Positions 1-8,903 are shown, counted from the stretch's first letter. The stretch is DNA of 64,000 bases from Bacteroidota bacterium (GCA_037441645.1 JBBIRU010000020.1:13064-77063); one strand, 5' to 3'. Translations and numbers: made by a program. The notes: generated by a model from the sequence alone, not told the origin.

Positions 1-559
1 TTTTGAAAGTACGGTATACTTTTCTGTTAAGTAACTGATCAAAGTAAAACCACTTACCAATAAGCTGGCTCTCTATATTATTTAATCCGGGAGGAGTAGT
101 ATTTCTGCTCAAAAAGTATCTGTATCCCACCTTATCAAGTATCATTGAATCAGCAGTAAAATAAATTACTTTATACTGCATACTTCCAGCAATGTATATA
201 CTATTACCAACTATATAATAATAAGTGTCTATGGGTGCACTATTTTCATTTGTTCCCCATAAGCACTTATATTCCTGATAGCCATCAAGAGTTGTACCAT
301 ATGATACTGTGGTAAAATAAAAGCGTGAATTATTATAATTATAATGGTTTGTATAATTCCAAGTTGAATCTGGGAAACCTGCTTGAATGCTCATTCTCAT
401 CTCATGTCTCTTAATATACCAATTGCCTTGTAATGCGGATAATGAGAACCCTGTTACAACATTATTATTTCCACTTGGGGTTGGTGGGTTGTCATCATGC
501 TGGCAGCTAAAAGATACTGCTAATGCAATAACAGCAAGGCTTAGTATAAATTTTCTCAT
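1..559 (-). CDS. Lipoprotein, hypothetical (runs off the left edge)
   Basis: ATG at 559 reads MRKFILSLAVIALAVSFSC-QHDDNPPTP, a lipobox signal peptide; absent from the ORF track, consistent with no stop before the edge. Confidence 0.75.
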   Translation of the reverse strand, partial: MRKFILSLAVIALAVSFSCQHDDNPPTPSGNNNVVTGFSLSALQGNWYIKRHEMRMSIQAGFPDSTWNYTNHYNYNNSRFYFTTVSYGTTLDGYQEYKCLWGTNENSAPIDTYYYIVGNSIYIAGSMQYKVIYFTADSMILDKVGYRYFLSRNTTPPGLNNIESQLIGKWFYFDQLLNRKVYRTFK

Positions 560-678
560 GTAGGTTTGTAGTTAAGGTTGTTTAAAGCAAATATATAAAA
601 TATAGCCAAGACTGTCATATAGGATAGCAGATTTTTATTATAAAAATCTGACTTTGCTTGCAGAGATAGAACCTATAA

Positions 679-921
679 ATGACTAAGGAAGACTTTTTAA
701 TTGAACTTGGCGCCGCTATTGCCCATCAGAGAAAAAGGCTTAAGTTAACTCAAACTGAAGTTGCTTTACGCTGTAATTTTGATAGAGGTAATCTTACCAG
801 AATTGAAAAGGGCAGGTCAAATACAACCGCAGAAACGCTATTAAAAATCAGTGAAGCAATGGGTGTTCCGGTAGCAAAGTTCTTCACTTTCCAGAAGTTT
901 ACAGACTCAGACAACAAATAG
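679..921 (+). CDS. XRE/Cro-C1 family HTH transcriptional regulator
   Basis: RKRLKLTQTEVA...LTRIEKGRSNTTAETLLKISEAMGV, classic HTH_3 pattern. Confidence 0.9.
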   Translation: MTKEDFLIELGAAIAHQRKRLKLTQTEVALRCNFDRGNLTRIEKGRSNTTAETLLKISEAMGVPVAKFFTFQKFTDSDNK

Positions 922-1792
922 AGCATCATTTCTCCTGTCTGTGCCAGATTCGGGGTAGATGGTACACAGGAAGCTGTTCAGGATGGCTTTACAGTATTAA
1001 ATACATCATCAAGTACAAGACAACTGCTTGACCACCGTAACACCTGCTACTCAAGCTACAAATACCGGGTAAAAGAACAACGAATGATATGCAATACCTC
1101 CATCAGCGTTGGGGTTGAGACTGCTGTGAATATTCTACTCCGTTGTTCCCGGCTGCAGAAAGATATTGTATACTGGCACCATAAAATTTTTTTCTGAGCA
1201 GCCTAATACACCAAATATTTTCTATAAAACTTGACGGGGTACCACTAGAAATGTCAAAGGGGGTGGTGGATTTATACAAGACTACTAACACTCACTCCTC
1301 CAAAACAATTCACAATTAGTCATATAGTGCTATATTTAAAGACTATATCCATTTAAGTACTTGACAACATTTAATTATTGGTAAGGGTGGAAGAACTTGT
1401 TGCATTAATATCAACGTTGGGATGTTAATAATTCTCATTTAAAATATTTGCATTCTTAATAAGGTCTCATGATATTTGCAGTACTATTTGACCGATTCAA
1501 AATCCAATTCAGGCTACTGTTTATTAAGCACTCTTGACCAATCCAGCTTTACCAGCTTATTAAACTCCAAATTTATCCACATTCTTCTAAGGTTATACTC
1601 AATTAATATTCTGCTTCAACCTCAAGGTGATATCCTAGAATTTCACTCCTTTTTACTCAAGCTTTAAATCCAAATTACACTCAAAGTGTATACATACCCG
1701 TTTTTGGGATTTTGTCACACATTATCAACTCATTATAAACTCTGTGTGGTATAGGGCATACCACATTTAAGTATAACTAAAAGACATAAGAA

Positions 1793-2275
1793 ATGAATAT
1801 TTACATGAATGTAAGGTACATAGCCAGTACATGGACTACAACAGATGGGATTATTATGCCAGTTTTTAAAACTAAACGGGTCATGACAACATCAACAAGG
1901 CGCTTTAATAATAACATCTACAGAACAGCTAAGCTTTCACCAGCTACGAGAAACTTGCTTGATTATATTATTCAAGAGATGGATAAATATAACAGGATTA
2001 GTAACAATGCTTTATTCAGAAGTAACTTTTTACATTTAATGAATAGTGATTGTAGCGTTAGCTTAAAAGAGGATACTGTGAATAAAGGATTCCAAGAACT
2101 CAAGAAAGCAGGTCTCTTGGTTCCATTGAATCAAAAAAGAGGAGTGTACACAGTTAATCCTATCTTTTATTTTAATGGACCTCCTTTAAAGAGAAAATAC
2201 CTTATTGAGAAGATGCTTAATGGAATCAGAGAACCATATATAGGGTGTAAGTTAAAAACAATAATGGGGTGGTAA
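1793..2275 (+). CDS. RepL-like winged-helix replication/DNA-binding protein
   Basis: TVNKGFQELKKAGLL...GVYTVNPIFYFNG matches the RepL-type wHTH C-terminal YxVNPxxxFNG pattern. Confidence 0.6.
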   Translation: MNIYMNVRYIASTWTTTDGIIMPVFKTKRVMTTSTRRFNNNIYRTAKLSPATRNLLDYIIQEMDKYNRISNNALFRSNFLHLMNSDCSVSLKEDTVNKGFQELKKAGLLVPLNQKRGVYTVNPIFYFNGPPLKRKYLIEKMLNGIREPYIGCKLKTIMGW

Positions 2276-2451
2276 TTTGTCTCATAAATCTTAAAAGAGC
2301 CCGGTTCTCCGTGCACTTTTAACTTATCCAAGAACCTGCATTTGCTTCCTGATAGCTCCGAAACAAGTGGATTGGGCGTGTGGCTATTTCCCAACGGGCT
2401 TGTGCATAATGTAATTATATGACAACGGGCATTCAATAAATATTTAAGCCC

Positions 2452-2480
2452 ATGTTATATAATTCCACATTATGTAAAAT
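2452..2480 (+). other. dif-like (XerC/XerD) recombination site candidate
   Basis: ATGTTATATAA-TTCCACA-TTATGTAAAAT; right arm differs by one base from the E. coli XerD arm TTATGTTAAAT. Confidence 0.45.
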
Positions 2481-2729
2481 AGCTTTGGATGAGCGTTGGT
2501 GAGCGGTAGGTGTATAAAAGATGGGGTTGATTTAATAATAAAACAGGTAAAGCCGGATTAAGCCTAACCTGTTATTGTGACTGTTGTTTTCAGTGGTTTG
2601 ATTTAGGAGTGACCATCTCAAAAAGCAGACAAAAAATACAGCGTAACTCCGGTGCATTACCAGCTAATCCTACAAGTTGTTATGGGTTGGATGAGCAAGA
2701 TAAACTTTAAAAGTTTAACAAAGCACAAG

Positions 2730-3962
2730 TTACTTTTCCTGTGCCTTGTTTTTAACCTCATCACAAACAGTTTTATTCATTTCATCTATATGCTTTAGGT
2801 CATATGCTTCAAGATATATTCCTGTAACACGTAACCCATAGCTGTGACCAAGTGCTTCACTAATTAAATCCTTGCTGTAATCAAGCTGTTTGGCAATATT
2901 AGCCCAACTGTACCGGAAACAGTACCCGGTTAACTTTTCTTTTATCTCAAGATTTTTACCAATTAATCCAATGTGCTTGTTAAAGACTTTATTTGCCTGT
3001 GTCATGATATCCTCCAGCTTTACCTTATCATCAATATCAGCATCATTAATCTTTCCAAGCAAAGTTCTTTTACCTCTACCTTCAAAATAATTAAGAATTT
3101 CAAGTGCTTCAGGTAACAGTTTAATGGAATACTGTCTCTTGGTCTTTGCCCGATTGTAGATTAATCTGCCATGCTGTATCTGAGTTTCACTCATTAGCGC
3201 CATGTCCTTGAAGTTAATACCAATCAGCATAAACATGAGTTTACCCATCAGCCAACTTTCATACAACCAAGTACCAACTTCTACTCCGGCACCAAAATAC
3301 TTTTGCATTTCCAGTAAAGTCAAGGTACGTGGTCTGACTATTTCACGCTTAATCCTGAAGTTCCTGAAAGGGTAATACTCAAAACCAACCTCTTGTGAAT
3401 TTATTGCCTTGTTATATAAAGCTTTAAATGTTCTGAAGTAAATTCCAATTGTGTTTACTTTCAGTCCCTTGCTGTATAACTGAGCCTCTAATTCCTTAAG
3501 GAACTTATAGTTTACTTGTTCAAAGCTGATGTTTAGGCTACAGATTTTCTGAATTGCTGTAATAGTTTGATCATACACATTTGCACTTCCATTTCTGTTG
3601 GACTTGTGCAACTGCTGTATTTCCCTTTGCCAGAAGTCTGCAACCGTGACTTTAGGTTTTGGCAAAGCAGTCAAGTACTCTTTCAGTTCCCTTGCCGTTA
3701 CTTGGTTTGGATTAAGCTGTTCATAATCAGCCATCTTTTCCAAGTACTTGGCTTTAAGTTTTTGTAGATTGTCATACACTGTTTCATAATCAGGTAATGT
3801 CTCCTTTACAGCAAGAATATTGGTATTCCAGTGCTGTATCTGGATATACAGTCCAGTATAAATGTACTGTGTATCTCCTTTTGCTGAAATTCTAAAGACC
3901 AGTGGGAATGTTTTGTCTTTTCTAGCACGTCTTGTGTCAAGAATTAGTTTCAATATAGCCAT
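2730..3962 (-). CDS. Site-specific tyrosine integrase (Bacteroidota Arm-DNA-bind / SAM-like / phage integrase architecture)
   Basis: N-terminal ILDTRRARKDKTFPLVFRI arm domain; GINFKD, YNRAKT, YCFRYSWA, ISEALGHS and TGIY catalytic-region motifs. Confidence 0.93.
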   Translation of the reverse strand: MAILKLILDTRRARKDKTFPLVFRISAKGDTQYIYTGLYIQIQHWNTNILAVKETLPDYETVYDNLQKLKAKYLEKMADYEQLNPNQVTARELKEYLTALPKPKVTVADFWQREIQQLHKSNRNGSANVYDQTITAIQKICSLNISFEQVNYKFLKELEAQLYSKGLKVNTIGIYFRTFKALYNKAINSQEVGFEYYPFRNFRIKREIVRPRTLTLLEMQKYFGAGVEVGTWLYESWLMGKLMFMLIGINFKDMALMSETQIQHGRLIYNRAKTKRQYSIKLLPEALEILNYFEGRGKRTLLGKINDADIDDKVKLEDIMTQANKVFNKHIGLIGKNLEIKEKLTGYCFRYSWANIAKQLDYSKDLISEALGHSYGLRVTGIYLEAYDLKHIDEMNKTVCDEVKNKAQEK

Positions 3963-3999
3963 AATAGATTGTAATTATGGCATTTATCAGGATAATTTG

Positions 4000-4083
4000 T
4001 TGTACAAGTTTTGTGCAAGTTTTACGCATTTTTGTGCAATTAACAATGTGCCTTATGTACTTTTGCACCAAAATTTGCACCAA
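4000..4083. repeat. Phased short repeats, likely integrase arm-binding sites
   Basis: TTGTACAAGTT (4000), TTGTGCAAGTT (4011), TTGTGCAA (4032), then TTTGCACCAA twice (4062, 4074) in opposite orientation. Confidence 0.6.
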
Positions 4084-4114
4084 GAAGCAAACAGCTAGCA
4101 AACCTCATAAACGC

Positions 4115-4156
4115 AAAAAACCCTCACAAACATCATTGTTTATAAGGGTTTCTTTT
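4115..4156 (-). terminator. Hairpin immediately 3' of the tRNA (terminator / att-associated)
   Basis: AAAAAACCCT...AAACA-TCAT-TGTTT...AGGGTTTCTTTT inverted repeat. Confidence 0.6.
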
Positions 4157-4157
4157 G

Positions 4158-4231
4158 TGGGCCCAGTAGGGCACGATCCTACGACCCCCTGATTATGAGT
4201 CAGGTGCTCTAACCAGCTGAGCTATGGGCCC
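4158..4231 (-). tRNA. tRNA, anticodon CAT; probably tRNA-Ile2 (lysidine) rather than Met; CCA not encoded
   Basis: Reverse complement folds as GGGCCCA-TA-GCTC AGCTGGTTA GAGC-A-CCTGA CTCATAA TCAGG-GGGTC-GTAGG ATCGTGC CCTAC-TGGGCCC-A; GACTCATAATC arm resembles ileX-type tRNAs. Confidence 0.92.
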
Positions 4232-4317
4232 TGAAATTTTTGGGACTGCAATTTTACAACATTGGTTTGAATTTTACAAACATTTTCTCAAACTAAATAA
4301 AAGAAAACTCCTAAAAC

Positions 4318-4950
4318 TCAGGATTTCATAAGTGTATCAATAGCCAGAATCTGTTCGTCAGTTAATTCATGCTTTTCTCCCAGCATATTTGTGATTATTG
4401 TCAGCCGGGCAGTAAATTCTGCAACTTCTATTCTATCAAATGCTGTTAATAAAGAGTCTCCCAAAGTAATAATACCATGATTCCTCAGAAATATTACATT
4501 GCTTTGCAATGAATATTCTGAGACAATACCAGCCAGTTCTTTGGTGCCCATTAAAGCATACGGAGCGTAAGCAGGTTCTCCAAGCATAGCTCTGCCCTCG
4601 CCCGATAAACGGCAGTTCAGTTTTTTATTGCTGACGACAAAAACAGAAGCTAAGGGCGGATGGGCATGTACAATGGCATTTACATCTTTCCGTTTATGGT
4701 ATATTCCCAGGTGCATCCAGGTTTCCATGCTTAATTTAATGCCGGGGGTACCGGAATTGCCATCTAAATCAACTATACCGATTTTATTTTCAGAAACCCG
4801 GGCTTTATCTGTCTGGCCTGGTGTTATGGCTATCGTGTTTTTATCAATTCTACAACTTATGTTTCCTCCAAGACTTGTAGTAAGTCCCTTGTTATATAAA
4901 CGTTGCATAAAATACGCAACATCTTCTTTAACTTTTTCAGTAGTTGACAT
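4318..4950 (-). CDS. Class II aldolase/adducin family protein (likely 5-deoxy/5-methylthio-ribulose-1-P aldolase, or MtnB-like)
   Basis: GGNIS, SMETWMH, AIVHAHPP and LRNHG zinc motifs; start moved to ATG 4950 (MSTTEK), which overlaps the mtnA 3' end. Confidence 0.85.
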   Translation of the reverse strand: MSTTEKVKEDVAYFMQRLYNKGLTTSLGGNISCRIDKNTIAITPGQTDKARVSENKIGIVDLDGNSGTPGIKLSMETWMHLGIYHKRKDVNAIVHAHPPLASVFVVSNKKLNCRLSGEGRAMLGEPAYAPYALMGTKELAGIVSEYSLQSNVIFLRNHGIITLGDSLLTAFDRIEVAEFTARLTIITNMLGEKHELTDEQILAIDTLMKS

Positions 4951-6049
4951 ATTCGGAAAAAATTTTACTGATTTCTTTTGCCGATGCCTCAATTATCCCC
5001 TTTTCAGTAATAAGTCCTGTAACAAATTTCGCAGGAGTTATATCAAAAGCAAAATTCAGAGAGGGATAACCAGGGGGCATAATGGAAATAGTATTTATTT
5101 TGTTATTATCATTTATTCCATCGATTTCTGATACTTCTGCATTTTCACGGATCTCTATCGGAATATGATGAACGCCTTCGGCCAGTTTAAAATCGATAGT
5201 GCTTGAGGGAATAGCCACGTAAAATGGCACATTATTATCAAATGCTGCCAAAGCTTTCAGATATGTTCCTACTTTGTTGGCTACATCTCCGTTAAGTGCA
5301 ACCCTGTCGGCGCCCACTATAACCATATCCACTTTACCTTCCTGCATTAAATAGCCGCCTGTATTATCTGCAATTACCGTAAAGGAAATGCCTTCATTAT
5401 AAAGTTCCCATGCCGTTAATTTTGCTCCCTGCAGCCGTGGGCGGGTCTCATCGACCCAGACATGAATGGGAAGACCCATTTCGTGAGCCCTGTAAATGGG
5501 GGCCGTTGCTGTTCCGTAATCGCCACAGGCAAGCCAACCCGCATTACAATGTGTAAGGATATTTATTTTTTCGCCTTTCTTCTTTTCTGCAATTTGTTGT
5601 ATTATTTCGAGTCCGGAATTTCCGATTTTAATAAAATTTCCGACTTCGGTTTCATAAAAGTCATTACAGGCTTTTAAAGCCCTCTCAGGCCACTCTTTAT
5701 ATTGGTCGGACTCCTTTATCGTTCGGTAAATGAGCGAAACTGCAAAGGCCAGATTAACGGCTGTAGGGCGGGCTGTTCTGATATCATCATAAGCCTTCTC
5801 TAAAAAAGAAACAGGGTTTTCAGATTTTTGTGATTCCATACAGGCCAGCCACATGGCATAAGCGCCGGCAACGCCAATCAAAGGAGCCCCGCGCAGTTGC
5901 ATATCTTTTATTGCGGTAACCAATCCTTCGTATGTGCCTATGTTATCGATTTCAAAACTAAAAGGTAATTTAGTCTGATTAATGATATTAACCGATTTCC
6001 GGTTTTCATCTGCCCAAAGCGCCCTGAATGTTTTTCCATTAACGTGCAT
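4937..6049 (-). CDS. mtnA: S-methyl-5-thioribose-1-phosphate isomerase
   Basis: LRGAPLIG, ARPTAVNL, LTHCNAGWLA, DETRPRLQGAKLTAWEL, ANKVGTY, FDITP motifs. Confidence 0.95.
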   Translation of the reverse strand: MHVNGKTFRALWADENRKSVNIINQTKLPFSFEIDNIGTYEGLVTAIKDMQLRGAPLIGVAGAYAMWLACMESQKSENPVSFLEKAYDDIRTARPTAVNLAFAVSLIYRTIKESDQYKEWPERALKACNDFYETEVGNFIKIGNSGLEIIQQIAEKKKGEKINILTHCNAGWLACGDYGTATAPIYRAHEMGLPIHVWVDETRPRLQGAKLTAWELYNEGISFTVIADNTGGYLMQEGKVDMVIVGADRVALNGDVANKVGTYLKALAAFDNNVPFYVAIPSSTIDFKLAEGVHHIPIEIRENAEVSEIDGINDNNKINTISIMPPGYPSLNFAFDITPAKFVTGLITEKGIIEASAKEISKIFSEYVNY

Positions 6050-6106
6050 AATAATTTTCTTTCAGAACAAATGTATATTTTTGCATCATCTCAAAGATAA
6101 GAAGAT

Positions 6107-6727
6107 ATGATCGATTTAAACGGCATTAAAAATATTATTTTCGATTATGGCGGGGTAATCATCAATATTGATTTCAGGCTCACTATTGATGCTTTTAAAA
6201 AGCTGGGATTTGTAAATACAGAAGAAGTGATTTTCAGGGCTGAGGGTTCCGAAATTCTTTTGCAAATGGAGAAAGGAATTCTATCCCATAATAATTTTTA
6301 TAATGAGATCAGGAGAATCTCAAATTTATCGCTTACCAATAAAGAAATTGAAGACGCATGGAACGCTCTTCTGCTTGACATGCCTCAAAAAAGAATCCAG
6401 ATACTTGAAAAACTTAAAACAAATTACCGGATTTTTTTGCTCAGCAATACCAATAGTATTCATTACGATCATTACAGGGCACAGTTACAAGATAAATTTG
6501 GATATCCCGATTTTAACTTCTTATTTGAAAAGGCATGGTTTTCTTTTAACCTTGGACTAACCAAACCCGATAAAAATATTTTTCAATTTGTTTTGAAAGA
6601 TGCCGGATTAGATCCTAAAGAAACTCTTTATATTGATGATCTTGAAAATAATGTAATGGCAGCTGAAAAAGAAGGAATAAAAGGGTATTTCTTAAAACCT
6701 GGGGAAGATATCCTGAATCTGTTTTAA
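6107..6727 (+). CDS. HAD-family phosphatase (YihX-like)
   Basis: IIFDYGGV motif I, LLSNTN, KPD, YIDD motif IV. Confidence 0.9.
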   Translation: MIDLNGIKNIIFDYGGVIINIDFRLTIDAFKKLGFVNTEEVIFRAEGSEILLQMEKGILSHNNFYNEIRRISNLSLTNKEIEDAWNALLLDMPQKRIQILEKLKTNYRIFLLSNTNSIHYDHYRAQLQDKFGYPDFNFLFEKAWFSFNLGLTKPDKNIFQFVLKDAGLDPKETLYIDDLENNVMAAEKEGIKGYFLKPGEDILNLF

Positions 6728-6881
6728 CTTATCTTCTTTTTTTTAAATTTACGGCTCAAACGGACATGTTGCAACACCATGAAAATAACACACGTGAAAA
6801 TTATGTGACTTTATTATAACCATCCACAGGTACATGTTTGTAAATTAAAAAAATGAAAAAGAGAATTGGATTTAAAAAGAA

Positions 6882-7670
6882 TTATTTCTTTTTAAACTGA
6901 TCCATGTTATTGTCAAAATTGATGAAATAATCGCCTTTTTTAAGGCCCGAAATATCAACTTTGCTTCCTACTCCTTTTAATGCCAGGTTACCATAGTAAT
7001 CGTAAATTTCGTACATGGTTTCGCCGGAGAAAGTAATTTCAGTTTCGAATTTCTTGGATGTAATAGTAACGGGAGGACCCATAGATTTGAAATTAGCTTC
7101 GGGACTATAGCGGGGTTTTTTAGTATAATCAACCTGTTTTACCCTGAATTTATTGTTTCCCGAATGAGGAGTTACTTTTAATGAATAACTGTTTGACGAG
7201 GGTGTTCCTTTTCCTTCTGTTTCACCTACTTTAACCCATTTATTCCACCGGTATTGTTCGGCTATATAAGTCAGTTTTCCAGCTTCGCCTGTAGTTGTCC
7301 AGCTTAAAGTTCCGTCTTTTCCAACCTCAATTAATGACACATTAAATGTACTTTTTGGCTTTAATACCTCAGGATTCAAAACTTTTGGAACACAATTGTC
7401 CTTATGTTTGATAACAACAGTAATTTTATCACCTAAATTAAATTGAAAAACGGATAAGTCGATTTCAAATGCGCTTGAGTTAATTTCGTCGGTAGAAGTT
7501 TTTCCATTTATCGTTACTTCATAAACACAAAATCCAACTCCGGAAGAGGCAAAAGGATTCATTACATACAGGTTTTTACCCTGAAAAATGCCATCCACTA
7601 CTATTTCGCCGGCAAATGACCACATCCCTAACAGGGTAAAAAACAACAATGTAATTATATATTTTTTCAT
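6882..7670 (-). CDS. Conserved secreted hypothetical protein with Ig-like module and degenerate T9SS-like C-terminus
   Basis: Signal peptide from ATG 7670 (MKKYIITLLFF); FRVKQVDY module; YEIYDYYG...LKKGDYFI tail. Confidence 0.7.
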   Translation of the reverse strand: MKKYIITLLFFTLLGMWSFAGEIVVDGIFQGKNLYVMNPFASSGVGFCVYEVTINGKTSTDEINSSAFEIDLSVFQFNLGDKITVVIKHKDNCVPKVLNPEVLKPKSTFNVSLIEVGKDGTLSWTTTGEAGKLTYIAEQYRWNKWVKVGETEGKGTPSSNSYSLKVTPHSGNNKFRVKQVDYTKKPRYSPEANFKSMGPPVTITSKKFETEITFSGETMYEIYDYYGNLALKGVGSKVDISGLKKGDYFINFDNNMDQFKKK

Positions 7671-7853
7671 TTGGATAGGTAGTTTTTTTACCATTCAAAC
7701 AACGAATGTACTTTTAAATTTTAAATTATCAAAACAAATGAAATATTTTTCACATTCAGCAAATATACATAAACAAAATTAATCTGATTAATTTTTTTGC
7801 CAAAATTAAATGTAAATTTGTCATATAATCCTATTAAAACTCATTTTATATAA

Positions 7854-8903
7854 ATGAAATACATAGTTTTAATCCATCTTATTTTAATTCTTTTTTATGG
7901 ATGCGAACCAACCATTTCACGTAAAAATAACCCAAATACATATGGCGGAACATTAAAAATTAATGAACCTTATATATTTTCTTCGCTCTTTCCACATTGT
8001 ATAAAAGATCAGGTTTCCGGCCAGATAATTTCTCAGATTTATGAAGGATTGGTTAAGTTTGACGCTTTTGATTTATCGGTAAAACCAGCTATAGCGCATC
8101 ACTGGAAGATCGATTCGTCTGAAACTGTCTATCGTTTCTTCCTTAACAACAATATTTATTTTCACGATGATTTGTGTTTTCCTGAAGGCAAAGGAAGAAA
8201 AGTAACTGCTGCTGATTTTGTTTATTCTTTCACGCTTTTAGCTACACAGAACGAGTATAATTTAAACTTTTTCGGTACCGTTGATAATATTCAAGGCGCT
8301 ACCGGACATTATTTTAATAAGAATTCTGTTGTTTCAGGCTTGATTGCAGAAAACGACACCACATTAGTAATCAAGCTTGTAAAGCCAAATCCTCTTTTTC
8401 TGTATTTATTAGCTTCGCCAGTTGCTTCGGTAATTCCTAAAGAAGCATTCGAAAATTATCAGTATAAAAGCTATATAGGAAGCGGGCCCTTTTATGTAAG
8501 CCATTTTCCTGTTGAAGGCGAACCGTTAATTCTTGAAAGAAATGCGCTTTATTACCAGAAGGACAAAACCGGTAGCTATCTGCCATATCTAGACAGTGTT
8601 ATTATATCATTTAACAGTTCTGTAATGAAAGAACTTTCTATGCTTAGCAAGGGAGAGCTGGATATGGTTTATAATTTAAACAATGATGATCTTGCACAAT
8701 ACCTTGAAAAAAATATTGATCAGTTTAAGGGCAAAACACCCCGGTTTATTCTTCAGTTATCTAATTACAACCAGAACTATCAGCTTCAACATATAATCCG
8801 CCGCGATTTAAAAGGGTTTATTACCAACAGCCAGAATTATTTCGACCTCTCAAAAGTATATTTCGAGAAGCCATCGTCTGATTCTTTGCTGACTAAAAAT
8901 TAA
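7854..8903 (+). CDS. ABC transporter substrate-binding lipoprotein, family 5 (OppA/DppA-like), short
   Basis: Lipobox FYGC; QIYEGLV, FHDD, VTAADFVYSF, GSGPF motifs; TAAATTTG promoter at 7813-7820. Confidence 0.85.
   Translation: MKYIVLIHLILILFYGCEPTISRKNNPNTYGGTLKINEPYIFSSLFPHCIKDQVSGQIISQIYEGLVKFDAFDLSVKPAIAHHWKIDSSETVYRFFLNNNIYFHDDLCFPEGKGRKVTAADFVYSFTLLATQNEYNLNFFGTVDNIQGATGHYFNKNSVVSGLIAENDTTLVIKLVKPNPLFLYLLASPVASVIPKEAFENYQYKSYIGSGPFYVSHFPVEGEPLILERNALYYQKDKTGSYLPYLDSVIISFNSSVMKELSMLSKGELDMVYNLNNDDLAQYLEKNIDQFKGKTPRFILQLSNYNQNYQLQHIIRRDLKGFITNSQNYFDLSKVYFEKPSSDSLLTKN

Larger units (their letters stand above)
1..4157. mobile_element. Integrase-proximal end of an integrative element/genomic island inserted at the tRNA(CAT) 3' end; other end lies outside the window
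   Basis: Tyrosine integrase directly downstream of the tRNA 3' end, phased short repeats between them, XRE and RepL-like genes, long non-coding stretches; no second copy of the tRNA 3' end seen in 1-4157. Confidence 0.8.

Noticed and set aside
1103..1667. Short ORFs 1103-1291 (-) and 1476-1667 (+)
   Set aside because: Non-ATG starts and no recognizable motifs; treated as non-coding or decayed.
3862..4192. ORFs 3862-4098 and 3977-4192 (+)
   Set aside because: They overlap the integrase start, att repeats and tRNA; no protein-like features.
6760..6840. Short palindromes (TGTTGCAACA, CACGTG, ACATGT) between convergent genes
   Set aside because: Too short to distinguish from chance and not in a promoter position.
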